NCBI GenBank assembly: GCA_964627215.1
Contig: CAZVIZ010000001.1
Coordinates: forward strand, 6,635 to 70,634
Reading direction: 5' to 3'
From: an uncultured Dehalococcoidales bacterium
GTDB taxonomy: Bacteria > Chloroflexota > Dehalococcoidia > Dehalococcoidales > E44-bin46
Length of the DNA stretch: 64,000 nucleotides
In this document: piece by piece, positions 56,183 to 64,000 of the stretch
How the letters are laid out: every line of letters begins with the position of its first letter
Position numbering within the stretch: the stretch's first letter is position 1
Made by a program: the position numbers and the translations under genes
Notes under the pieces: model-generated
What the model was told of the DNA's origin: nothing
Seen by the model: only the letters and a program-made list of their open reading frames with translations
Database searches by the model: none

Positions 56183-57562
56183 TTATTGTTCGACTCTTCT
56201 GGCACGGCGTACTGCGGATGTGGCGATGGCGGCGCCGCAGATGGCGGCGAAGACGATGAAGGCCACCCTGGTGCTGAAGAGGAACATGGGGTATTGGGAC
56301 GGTGTTATCTCCACCCTGCCGATATACAGGGCGAACAATATCATAATGATGCCCAGGCCAAAGGTCATGCCCAGCTGCCTCATGGTTGCCAGGGTGGCTG
56401 AGGCCACCCCGTAGAGGTTCGGTTTGACGGATGCCATTATGGCATTGGTGTTGGGGGATACGATCAGGGCGCGCCCGAAGCCGATAAGCACCAGGTTTAC
56501 GATTATCTCCACGGTTGGGGTTGATGGGTTTAGGAAGCTGAAGCGCGCCAGGCCGACGGCGGCCAGCCCCAGGCCTATGGAGACCAGGGTTTGGGGCGCT
56601 ATGCGGTCCGAGAGCCTGCCGGCGGCCATGGAGAAGCCGGACTGCACACCCACCATGGCCAGTAGAACCAGGCCAGCGCCCTGGGGGTCCAGCCCCTTTA
56701 TGTACTGGAGGTACAGGCTTATGAGGAAGGCGATGGGGAAGGTCGCCAGGTAGCTCAGGAAGTGCGTAATGTTGGAGAGGACGAACCCTTTGTTCCTGCT
56801 CAGGGTGGCCACGTCTAAGAGGGGGCTTTTAGTCCTCCTCTCGTGTCTTACGAAGCCGATCATACCACCCGCGCCAGCGCATATCAGGGCTATGCCCAGC
56901 GTGCCTGGCAGGCTGGAGAATCCGTAGATTATTCCCACCAGAGAGAGTGCGTAGATTGTGGCGCCTATTCTATCAAAGGGCTCTCCCCGCGCCTCTGCCC
57001 ACTCCCCTTTAAGCTTCAGCCAGACAAAGGGTATAACCACGGCGCTCATGGGTATGGCGGTGAAGAATATGCTTCTCCAGCCGAAGTTCTGGGTGAGTAT
57101 GCCCCCTAACACGGGGCCTAAGGACAGCCCCAGGTAGGTGGTAGCTACGCTTATGCCCAGCGCCCTGCCCCGCTCGCCGGCGGGGAATGCGGAGGTTATT
57201 ATGGCCACGCTACTTGCGGCCATCATGGCGCTGCTTATGCCCTGGGCCACCCTGAGGCCGATGAAGACGTCGGCGGATTTAACGAACAGTATTAGTATGG
57301 CGGCGATGGTGAAAACTATGATGCCACGGGATAGTATCCATTTGCGGCCTTTTATATCAGCCAGGCGGCCGAAGGGGAGGAGGGTGGAAGCCGTGGCCAG
57401 GAGGTATGCCGTGGGGATCCAGCTAACCACCACGGCGTCTATTGCCATCTCGCTGCTGATGGTGGGCAGCGCCACCGTGACCGAGGATCCCATAAAGGTA
57501 ACCAGGAAGGTGCTCAGGGCGGCTACTATCAGAACCGTCCTTTTGTTGTTGCCCGTTTTCAT
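56183..57562 (-). CDS. MFS transporter (DHA2/EmrB-like)
   Basis: GRLADIKGRK, ERGRALG, GPVLGG; many hydrophobic segments. Confidence 0.92.
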   Translation of the reverse strand: MKTGNNKRTVLIVAALSTFLVTFMGSSVTVALPTISSEMAIDAVVVSWIPTAYLLATASTLLPFGRLADIKGRKWILSRGIIVFTIAAILILFVKSADVFIGLRVAQGISSAMMAASSVAIITSAFPAGERGRALGISVATTYLGLSLGPVLGGILTQNFGWRSIFFTAIPMSAVVIPFVWLKLKGEWAEARGEPFDRIGATIYALSLVGIIYGFSSLPGTLGIALICAGAGGMIGFVRHERRTKSPLLDVATLSRNKGFVLSNITHFLSYLATFPIAFLISLYLQYIKGLDPQGAGLVLLAMVGVQSGFSMAAGRLSDRIAPQTLVSIGLGLAAVGLARFSFLNPSTPTVEIIVNLVLIGFGRALIVSPNTNAIMASVKPNLYGVASATLATMRQLGMTFGLGIIMILFALYIGRVEITPSQYPMFLFSTRVAFIVFAAICGAAIATSAVRRARRVEQ

Positions 57563-57611
57563 CAGTGTGTTACAATACTCGGCGGATATATTCCCTTAAA
57601 GGGGGTGGGGT

Positions 57612-57845
57612 GTGGTAACGTGCCCTAACTGCGGCGGCTCGGGCAGGATAACCGGCCCCGTTTGGCTTGATGAGGCCGATCGGGTAACTAAGCCGTGTCC
57701 TACCTGCAGGGGTTCGGCGGGCAAAGTTCAGAGCAAGTATACCATAGGGGGTATCTGTGCCGTTTGTAAGGGCTGGGGCCGTGAAGTGGAGGGGGGTGGG
57801 GTCTGCCCCTTATGCCGCGGCCGTGGCATGCGGTTGCCGGAATGA
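57612..57845 (+). CDS. Small DnaJ-type zinc-finger protein
   Basis: Four CxxCxGxG-like motifs in 77 aa. Confidence 0.7.
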   Translation: MVTCPNCGGSGRITGPVWLDEADRVTKPCPTCRGSAGKVQSKYTIGGICAVCKGWGREVEGGGVCPLCRGRGMRLPE

Positions 57846-57854
57846 AAGGTAGGG

Positions 57855-59150
57855 TTACCTGCTGGGGGGGAAGGCGGCTTCGGTTATCCTATCCAGGTAG
57901 GGTTTAAGAGCGGCTTCCTCGTTCTTTACCGAACCGTCGCCCGTCTGGTTAATAAGATCGTCGAGAGCGCCGCGCAGGTAGCGGAACTCTTCCGCCTTGC
58001 GGAAGGCTTGCCTCATGTGGGCGCAAAGGGCTTCTGTGGAGAAGGCCTTCTCCACCTCGGTGCGGATGTCATCTGCCTGGCATATGTCGCCCTCACCCAG
58101 GCGCACGGCGAGCCGTGTAGCCTCCTGGGATAGGCCGCGGAACAGCCCGTCCATCTTCTCCAGGTATTTATACGCCGTTGGGCGCAGCCTCTCTATCTTG
58201 TCCTTGAAGTCCAGCATCTCAAGCGCCGCTCCCATGGAGTCCAGGTTAGCTTGCATCTCGTCCAGCGCCGCGCCGTAATCCTGGGGGTCGGATTTGGACT
58301 GAAGCCGTGCCTTAAGGTCGCGGTGGGCCTGGCAGCGAAACAGCCCCGGCGCTTTGAGTGCCCTTTCTTCCGCCTGGGCATCGCTCTGGCAGAGCTGCCT
58401 TATATCCTCCTCCTCGCGCCTGGAGATAAACTCCAGGGCCAGGGATTCCATGCATGTGGCCAAAAGACGTTTGCGGTAGAAGCTCACCTTGGAAAGCGTC
58501 TTCTCCTTATCCTCGTCCTTAAGGTCTGCGGCGAGGGGTTTTACCTCCTCCAGCTGGTTTAGGGCCTGGCTCAACTCCTCCAGCTTGTCCTCCCCACGCA
58601 GCCCGCCCTTAAGGCTCTCCCTTACGGAATTCAGGCGTTCTCCTATATTGTCCCAGGTATCCTGGTTCAAGAGGCGGTATAGGCTGGAGGGGTTTAGCTC
58701 CAGCGGATGGGCGAAGTCCACCTTGCCGCCCTCGGCGACTATCCTGAAGGTGACCTTGTCCCCCTCTTTAAGATCAGCGCCCCTTATGATGACCACCCGC
58801 CCCCCGGAGGTCTTGGCCATGGGGTCGCCTCGGCTTCCCAGGCCGAATATCTCGCCCTCCATCACTTTTTGCCTTTTAAGCTCGGAGTCTATGCGATGCC
58901 ACTGGGAAAGCTCAGTCTTGCAACGGGAGATGAAGGCCTGTTGAAACCTGTGGTAGTCTTCGTCGCGGTTCTCGCGGGGTAAGGCATCTATCTTCTGTCT
59001 CACCTCGCGGCGCGCTTCTTCCAGGAGGGCTGCAACTTGATTGTAGGCTGTGAAAACGGTTTCGTAATCGGACTGTTCTACAGCGGTGGCTAGAGACTTA
59101 TACTCTTCGCTGGAAGCTATTTTTTTCAGAGTTTTGCTGGTCTGGCTCAT
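57855..59150 (-). CDS. Hypothetical helical protein with an internal TRAM-like domain
   Basis: 431-aa ORF; the segment GEIFGLGSRGDPMAK..VVII.GA..EGDKVTFRI..GKVDFA resembles TRAM. Confidence 0.6.
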   Translation of the reverse strand: MSQTSKTLKKIASSEEYKSLATAVEQSDYETVFTAYNQVAALLEEARREVRQKIDALPRENRDEDYHRFQQAFISRCKTELSQWHRIDSELKRQKVMEGEIFGLGSRGDPMAKTSGGRVVIIRGADLKEGDKVTFRIVAEGGKVDFAHPLELNPSSLYRLLNQDTWDNIGERLNSVRESLKGGLRGEDKLEELSQALNQLEEVKPLAADLKDEDKEKTLSKVSFYRKRLLATCMESLALEFISRREEEDIRQLCQSDAQAEERALKAPGLFRCQAHRDLKARLQSKSDPQDYGAALDEMQANLDSMGAALEMLDFKDKIERLRPTAYKYLEKMDGLFRGLSQEATRLAVRLGEGDICQADDIRTEVEKAFSTEALCAHMRQAFRKAEEFRYLRGALDDLINQTGDGSVKNEEAALKPYLDRITEAAFPPSR

Positions 59151-59300
59151 ATGTTGGCTGTTTTTGTAAAGTATTCAGAGTTCCATATTATAGCACTAAT
59201 TGCGGTGCGTTATAAAGCCCTCCTGGAAGGTGGGGTTTTTGACATACCTGGGGACGGGGGGATAATATGAGGCCTATATACGGATTGTAGGAGGCGGCGA

Positions 59301-59537
59301 ATGGATACAGAAATAGTGGTCTATTCCACTCCCACATGCCCCCATTGCGTTGTGGCCAAGCAGTACCTAAAAGAGAAGGGAATCTCCTTCGTGGAGCACA
59401 ACGTGGCCCAGGACAAGAAGGCGGCTATGGAGATGATGCGCAAGACGAACCAGATGAGCGTTCCCGTAATTGTCGTCGGCGACGAGGTGGTGATTGGCTT
59501 TAACCGTCCCCTGCTGGACGAGTTGCTTAAGGACTGA
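59301..59537 (+). CDS. Glutaredoxin-like protein (NrdH/YruB)
   Basis: YSTPTCPHC, SVPVI, IGFN; AGGAGG RBS. Confidence 0.92.
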   Translation: MDTEIVVYSTPTCPHCVVAKQYLKEKGISFVEHNVAQDKKAAMEMMRKTNQMSVPVIVVGDEVVIGFNRPLLDELLKD

Positions 59538-59540
59538 TCA

Positions 59541-61796
59541 TCAGGCGGGCCTTAAAACTTCAAACCGCTTCAGACGCAGTGAGTTGGATACCACGGTGAT
59601 GGAGCTGGCCGCCATGGCCCCTGCCGCCAGCATGGGGTTTAAAAAGCCGTATTCTCCCAATACGAAGCCCAGGCTGGGGGGTGTCCCCGCCTCCCCGAAT
59701 ACCAGGTACAGCGCACCGGCGGCTACGGGTATCAGGGCGCTGTTGTAGGCGAAAGCCCAGAACAGATTCTGCTTTATGGTTCTCATGGTGCGCTTGCTTA
59801 AATTTATGGCGGCGGCGATGCCCTGAAGCTCTCCCTTGATGAGGGTGATGTCTGCCGCCTCCATAGCGATGTCCGTGCCGCTGCCTATGGCTATGCCCAC
59901 GTCGGCCTGGGCCAGCGCCGGGGCGTCGTTTATACCGTCGCCTACCATGGCTACCACCCTGCCCCCGGCTTGCAGCCGTTTAACCTCGGCGGCCTTGTTC
60001 CCTGGCAATACCTCTGCCAGGACGCGGTCTATGCCTGCCTCTGCGGCGATGGCTTTGGCGGTGCGCTGGTTATCCCCTGTGATCATCATCACCTCTATGC
60101 CCATGTTGTGCAGCCCTGCCACTACTTGGCGGGCGTGGGGTTTTATGGTATCGGCCAGGGCTATCAGGCCCTTCGCAGAGCCGTCCTTGGCGAGGAACAT
60201 GACGGTCTTGCCCTCTTTGTTAAGCCCTTCCGCCTTCCCTTCCAGGCCGTTCAGGGCGATAGTATGTTTAAGCATCAATTTGAGGTTTCCCAGAAGCACC
60301 GCTTTACCGTCTATTACGGCTTCCACCCCCAGCCCTGGTAGGGCGCGGAAGCCCCTGGCTGAGCCTGGTTTTATGTCAGCCTCATCGGCCTCTCTCAAGA
60401 TGGCCTCGCCCAGGGGATGCTCCGAGCCGCGCTCAGCCGAGGCTGCCAGGGCTAGCACCTCCTGCCGTGAAGACCCGGCGGCGGCGATAACTTCGGTTAC
60501 CCTGGGCTCCCCCATAGTCAGTGTCCCCGTCTTATCCAGCAGGACAGCCGCTATTTTATGCGCCCGTTCAAGTGAGGCGGCGCTGCGGATTAAGATGCCG
60601 TTCTCGGCGCCCTTCCCCGTGCCCACGGTGATGGCGGTGGGGGTGGCCAGCCCCAGAGCGCAGGGGCAGGATATAACCAGCACGGCAACGAAGTTCAGCA
60701 GAGCCAGGGTGAGTGCTGGCTGCGGCCCGATGTTGAGCCAAACGGCGAAGGTCGTTGCGGCGATTCCTATAACTATGGGCACGAAGTAGCTGGAGATAAG
60801 GTCGGCCAGGCGTTGTATGGGCGCCTTGCTGCTCTGTGCCTCCTCCACCAGACGGATAATCTGGGCAAGCGCCGTATCTCCTCCCACCCTGGTGGTCCGA
60901 AAGCGTAGCCCTCCTGTCTTGTTGATGGTGGCGCCTATCACCTGGTCGCCGGCCTGCTTCTCCACTGGCATGCTCTCGCCGGTTATCATGGACTCGTCTA
61001 TGCTGGAGTGCCCCTTGGTGACGACGCCGTCCACTGGCACCCGCTCGCCGGGGCGCACCACCACGGTGTCGCCTACCATGACGTCTTCCACTGCTATCTC
61101 CACCTCCCCGCCGTCGCGGACCACGAGCGCCATGCGGGGGCGCATGCCGATAAGCTTCCTAATGGCCTCCGACGTCCTGCCGCGCGCCCTGGCTTCCAGG
61201 AAGCGTCCTAGCAGTATTAGGGCGATTATCATCGCCGATGTATCAAAGTGCAGGTGTGGTGTCATCCCTCTTATGGTGAACAGACCCGGTGATGCAGCGG
61301 CGATTGCGCTGTAGAAGTAGGCGGCGGATGTGCCTACGGCGATGAGGGTATCCATATCGGCGCGGCGCTGCTTGAATGCCCCCCACGCCCCGCGGTAGAA
61401 CCTGAGTCCGGCCCAGAACTGCACCGGTGTGGCCAACGCCCAGACTAAGTAGGCCTTGCCGGGAAAGGCGTCGGTCAGCATCATAAGCCCCATTATGGCG
61501 CCGGCGGTTACAGCGGCGAAGATGAAGCGGCGCTTAAGCCCGGCTATCTCCTGCTTGGCGGCTTTCCCTGGCTCTGTTTCCTCCGCCTCTGGCGCTACCT
61601 TGTAGCCGGCGACCTCCACGGCGCGCTTAACCTTGGCCAGGGACGTTTGCTCGGTGTACTCCACCGCGGCCTTCTCGGTGGCCAGGTTCACGGTGGCCGA
61701 GACTACCCCCGGCACGGCTTTAAGCGCCTTCTCCACGCGGGAGACGCATGCGGCACAGTGCATGCCCTCTACGGGGAATACGGCCTTATTATTCAT
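59541..61796 (-). CDS. copA: Cu(I)-translocating P1B-type ATPase
   Basis: GMHCAAC, TGES, CPC, DKTGT, HP, GDGIND, YN and MAASS motifs. Confidence 0.95.
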   Translation of the reverse strand: MNNKAVFPVEGMHCAACVSRVEKALKAVPGVVSATVNLATEKAAVEYTEQTSLAKVKRAVEVAGYKVAPEAEETEPGKAAKQEIAGLKRRFIFAAVTAGAIMGLMMLTDAFPGKAYLVWALATPVQFWAGLRFYRGAWGAFKQRRADMDTLIAVGTSAAYFYSAIAAASPGLFTIRGMTPHLHFDTSAMIIALILLGRFLEARARGRTSEAIRKLIGMRPRMALVVRDGGEVEIAVEDVMVGDTVVVRPGERVPVDGVVTKGHSSIDESMITGESMPVEKQAGDQVIGATINKTGGLRFRTTRVGGDTALAQIIRLVEEAQSSKAPIQRLADLISSYFVPIVIGIAATTFAVWLNIGPQPALTLALLNFVAVLVISCPCALGLATPTAITVGTGKGAENGILIRSAASLERAHKIAAVLLDKTGTLTMGEPRVTEVIAAAGSSRQEVLALAASAERGSEHPLGEAILREADEADIKPGSARGFRALPGLGVEAVIDGKAVLLGNLKLMLKHTIALNGLEGKAEGLNKEGKTVMFLAKDGSAKGLIALADTIKPHARQVVAGLHNMGIEVMMITGDNQRTAKAIAAEAGIDRVLAEVLPGNKAAEVKRLQAGGRVVAMVGDGINDAPALAQADVGIAIGSGTDIAMEAADITLIKGELQGIAAAINLSKRTMRTIKQNLFWAFAYNSALIPVAAGALYLVFGEAGTPPSLGFVLGEYGFLNPMLAAGAMAASSITVVSNSLRLKRFEVLRPA

Positions 61797-61800
61797 ATGC

Positions 61801-62304
61801 TTAGCTCGACGGTGGTGTGGTTCCCCTCTTCCCCATCTCGCTGTCCAGTTTGGCCAGCGCGTCCTCGTCCCCGCCGATGCGCTTCAGCTTCTTAAGCACA
61901 TCGCTTGCCGATTCCTCCTCCTCCACCTGCTCATCCACGAACCACTGGAGCATGTCGTCAGCGTCCTGGTAGTCCTCCTCGGCGACCAGGGCTACCAGCT
62001 TATCTATCAGCCCGGTCACCTTCTGTTCGTGTGCGTATACGTGCTCGAAGACCTCAAGCGGGGAGTCCCACGTCCGCGGTGGCTCCTCTACGGCGGCGAG
62101 CTCCACCCTGCCGTCGTTTGCCGTCAGGTAGCGGTAGAGCTTCATGGCGTGGGTCCGCTCCTCCCCTGCCTGGGCCACCATCCAGACGGCGAAGCCCACG
62201 AGTTTTACGGACTCAAGATAAGCCGCCATGGACAGGTATAGGTAGGCGGAATAAAGCTCTCGGTTGAGCTGGTAGTTGAATGCGTCCTGGACCTTTTTGT
62301 TCAT
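61801..62304 (-). CDS. ftnA: Non-heme ferritin
   Basis: [28 protein letters not shown]. Confidence 0.93.
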   Translation of the reverse strand: MNKKVQDAFNYQLNRELYSAYLYLSMAAYLESVKLVGFAVWMVAQAGEERTHAMKLYRYLTANDGRVELAAVEEPPRTWDSPLEVFEHVYAHEQKVTGLIDKLVALVAEEDYQDADDMLQWFVDEQVEEEESASDVLKKLKRIGGDEDALAKLDSEMGKRGTTPPSS

Positions 62305-62319
62305 AATGCTGCCTCCTTT

Positions 62320-62439
62320 CTACTCATTTTCCCGCCAGAAGCGGCTGTCCTCCAGGTCGGCGGTGTTGGAATAACCTCGGCTCTCCCAGTAGCCGCGGTA
62401 GGCGGTATCGTCGGATAGCTCAATCTCCGTTATCCACTC
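62320..62439 (-). pseudogene. C-terminal remnant of a molybdopterin oxidoreductase (sulfite oxidase/MsrP-like)
   Basis: Translates to EWITEIELSDDTAYRGYWESRGYSNTAD..., matching the family C-terminal KW.....GYWE.RGY motif; no in-frame start codon. Confidence 0.7.
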
Positions 62440-62454
62440 GCCCCTCCATGGGGT

Positions 62455-63096
62455 TTAAGGGGTTAGGACGCCGTATCCTGAGATTGCGTGCTTGGCCGCC
62501 AGGCTGTCACTTTCGCTGTAGGACCATATTATGGGGATCTCTATACCGGGCTCCAGGTCGTGGTCAAACTCGTCGTCGGTGATAAGCGCCCTCTTGAACT
62601 CTATTGTGGTGTAGCCCCCCTCCTCGGCTCCGCCGAACTCCGCTACGTCGTTGGTGCCCAGCAGCTCCGTATCCGGTATGTGCGGCCCCATGGGGCCGGT
62701 GCTGAGCTGGTCGGAGATTTTGGCCTGGCCATCCTTAATTAGGCCGAATATCATGTCGGCGTCGTTCATGGCCGATGACGGCGGGCTGTCGATGGGCTTG
62801 AACCCCACCGCTACCCAGCCCCTGGTGGGTGCCCGCATGCCGATGTATATGTAGTCACCGCCCGAGGCCCATTGTATCTCGTAGTCCTGGTATACGGCGG
62901 TATGGTCGTATTCACCGTAGTCTAAAACACCGTCGGCGGCCCATACACTTATGGTGGCGCTTATGGTGGCATCGACCTCGGGTGGAGGCTCCGTTGATCC
63001 CTCCGCTAAGCCGAGACAGCCGGGGAGGACAACAGCGACGAGGCCGATAAGGCTGAGCAGCAATGCCGGATGGGGTCTATTTCTCTTCCCTGGCAT
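62455..63096 (-). CDS. DOMON-domain lipoprotein
   Basis: Lipobox VLPGC, GWVAVGF, M.DADM, TTIEFKR, C-terminal KH. Confidence 0.8.
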   Translation of the reverse strand: MPGKRNRPHPALLLSLIGLVAVVLPGCLGLAEGSTEPPPEVDATISATISVWAADGVLDYGEYDHTAVYQDYEIQWASGGDYIYIGMRAPTRGWVAVGFKPIDSPPSSAMNDADMIFGLIKDGQAKISDQLSTGPMGPHIPDTELLGTNDVAEFGGAEEGGYTTIEFKRALITDDEFDHDLEPGIEIPIIWSYSESDSLAAKHAISGYGVLTP

Positions 63097-63571
63097 GGGG
63101 TTTCCCTTTGGCTTTTACTGATACCTTGGTGGCCTTAATCTTCTGGGTCTTGGGCAGGGTAATCTCCAGTATGCCGTCGTCATAGACGGCCTCCACATCC
63201 TTGGTGTCTACATTGGGAGGCAGGGGTATTGGACGCACGAATGTGCCATAGGGACGCTCGCAGCAGTAGTAGTCCTCTTGCTTGGCGTCCTTGGGAAGCT
63301 CGCGCTTCCCCTTTATAGTCAGGGTGTCGTCGGTTATGGAGACGTCTATGTCCTGCCCCCTCATGCCGGGTATCTCGGCCTTGATGATGAACTTGTTTCC
63401 CTTTTCGTAAGCCTCTATGGGTGGGGGCCACTCTATCTCCTTCAGGATGGGTTGCCATGCCTTGGGCATGAACTGCCGCCCCAGCACGTCTTCCAGGTAT
63501 CTCTGAAGCTCGTCTAGCTCACGGAGCGGCCTCCAAGGGGTTAGTCCCCGGTGCGGCTTCCATCTCTCCAT
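63077..63571 (-). CDS. Hsp20/alpha-crystallin small heat shock protein
   Basis: AEIPGM, LTIKG, ERPYG.F.R..LP, Y.DGILEITLPK; AGGAGG RBS before ATG 63571. Confidence 0.95.
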   Translation of the reverse strand: MERWKPHRGLTPWRPLRELDELQRYLEDVLGRQFMPKAWQPILKEIEWPPPIEAYEKGNKFIIKAEIPGMRGQDIDVSITDDTLTIKGKRELPKDAKQEDYYCCERPYGTFVRPIPLPPNVDTKDVEAVYDDGILEITLPKTQKIKATKVSVKAKGKPHAREEK

Positions 63572-63600
63572 AGCCACCCTCCTTGTAATAATGATAACTG

Positions 63601-63629
63601 ATATTAGATAACCCTGCGGTATTAGTCAA
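63601..63629 (-). promoter_or_regulatory. hsp20 promoter
   Basis: TTGACT-N17-TAATAT on the minus strand. Confidence 0.55.
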
Positions 63630-63643
63630 GAGGGGGGGCGCTG

Positions 63644-63859
63644 TCAATCGGCCATCTTCTTTTTGCCCTTCCAGGATCGAAAGCGATGTATCTCTTCCTT
63701 TAGCTCCTCCGCTATCTGACAGCCGTGCGAGGCGGCCAGGAGGCGATACATCTCTATCGTCGGCTCTGCCAGCCTGTCCTGAGCGCGTATGATGAATACT
63801 GGTTCGTCATCTGCGATGGGGGGGATATTCAGCCTGCCGTATTTTCCCGATATGGCCAT
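63644..63859 (-). CDS. Small hypothetical protein
   Basis: AGGAGG RBS, 71 aa, DEPVFIIRAQD segment. Confidence 0.75.
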   Translation of the reverse strand: MAISGKYGRLNIPPIADDEPVFIIRAQDRLAEPTIEMYRLLAASHGCQIAEELKEEIHRFRSWKGKKKMAD

Positions 63860-64000
63860 AGCGCGCCTCCTAATTTAGTGCGGTGCTTTTGGTTGTGCAA
63901 GTAAATTATACCACTTATACCACCAGGCATCTGGGGGATAAAATTTGTTATAATGGGTCAACGCGCCAAAAATAGGCCAATTTGTCTAGGAGGGTTGATT

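Noticed and set aside
59188-59215. CIRCE element (TAGCAC..GTGC)
   Set aside because: Arms and spacing do not match TTAGCACTC-N9-GAGTGCTAA, and it does not precede a chaperone gene.

Overview
Bacterial chromosomal window with GC-rich third codon positions and a visible preference for ATA as the Ile codon. Gene content and order (mpgS/mpgP, ino1-GT4-pgsA, thyX, NusA with a long acidic tail, dapB-asd-dapA behind pnp) suggest an anaerobic Dehalococcoidia-like Chloroflexota; this is an inference, no database search was run. The left 13 kb is accessory and holds the two most interesting systems. (1) The start of a pyrrolysine locus: promoter, pylSc, a corrinoid protein, and pylB, which runs off the left edge and is missed by the ORF track. 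(2) A tightly coupled 10-gene operon that joins a minimal aromatic type II PKS (KS-alpha, CLF, ACP, aromatase, cyclase, ketoreductase, decarboxylase-like amidohydrolase) to a W/Mo aldehyde:ferredoxin oxidoreductase, a ketopantoate-reductase-like protein that apparently starts at ATA, and a tandem TIGR04076-like protein. The operon has a near-consensus promoter and a ~200-nt multi-stem 5' leader that I do not recognise as a known riboswitch. The rest is mostly housekeeping: glnA, gatB, secG, nusA-infB-rbfA-truB, purA, dap genes, pnp, rpsO, recJ, recN, pckG and folate genes. It also contains a tungstate ABC transporter behind two tandem P3-less Moco/Tuco riboswitches, seven tRNAs, two small pseudogene-like remnants and a copper/iron/heat stress cluster. 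No integrase, transposase, CRISPR array or tRNA-Pyl was found.
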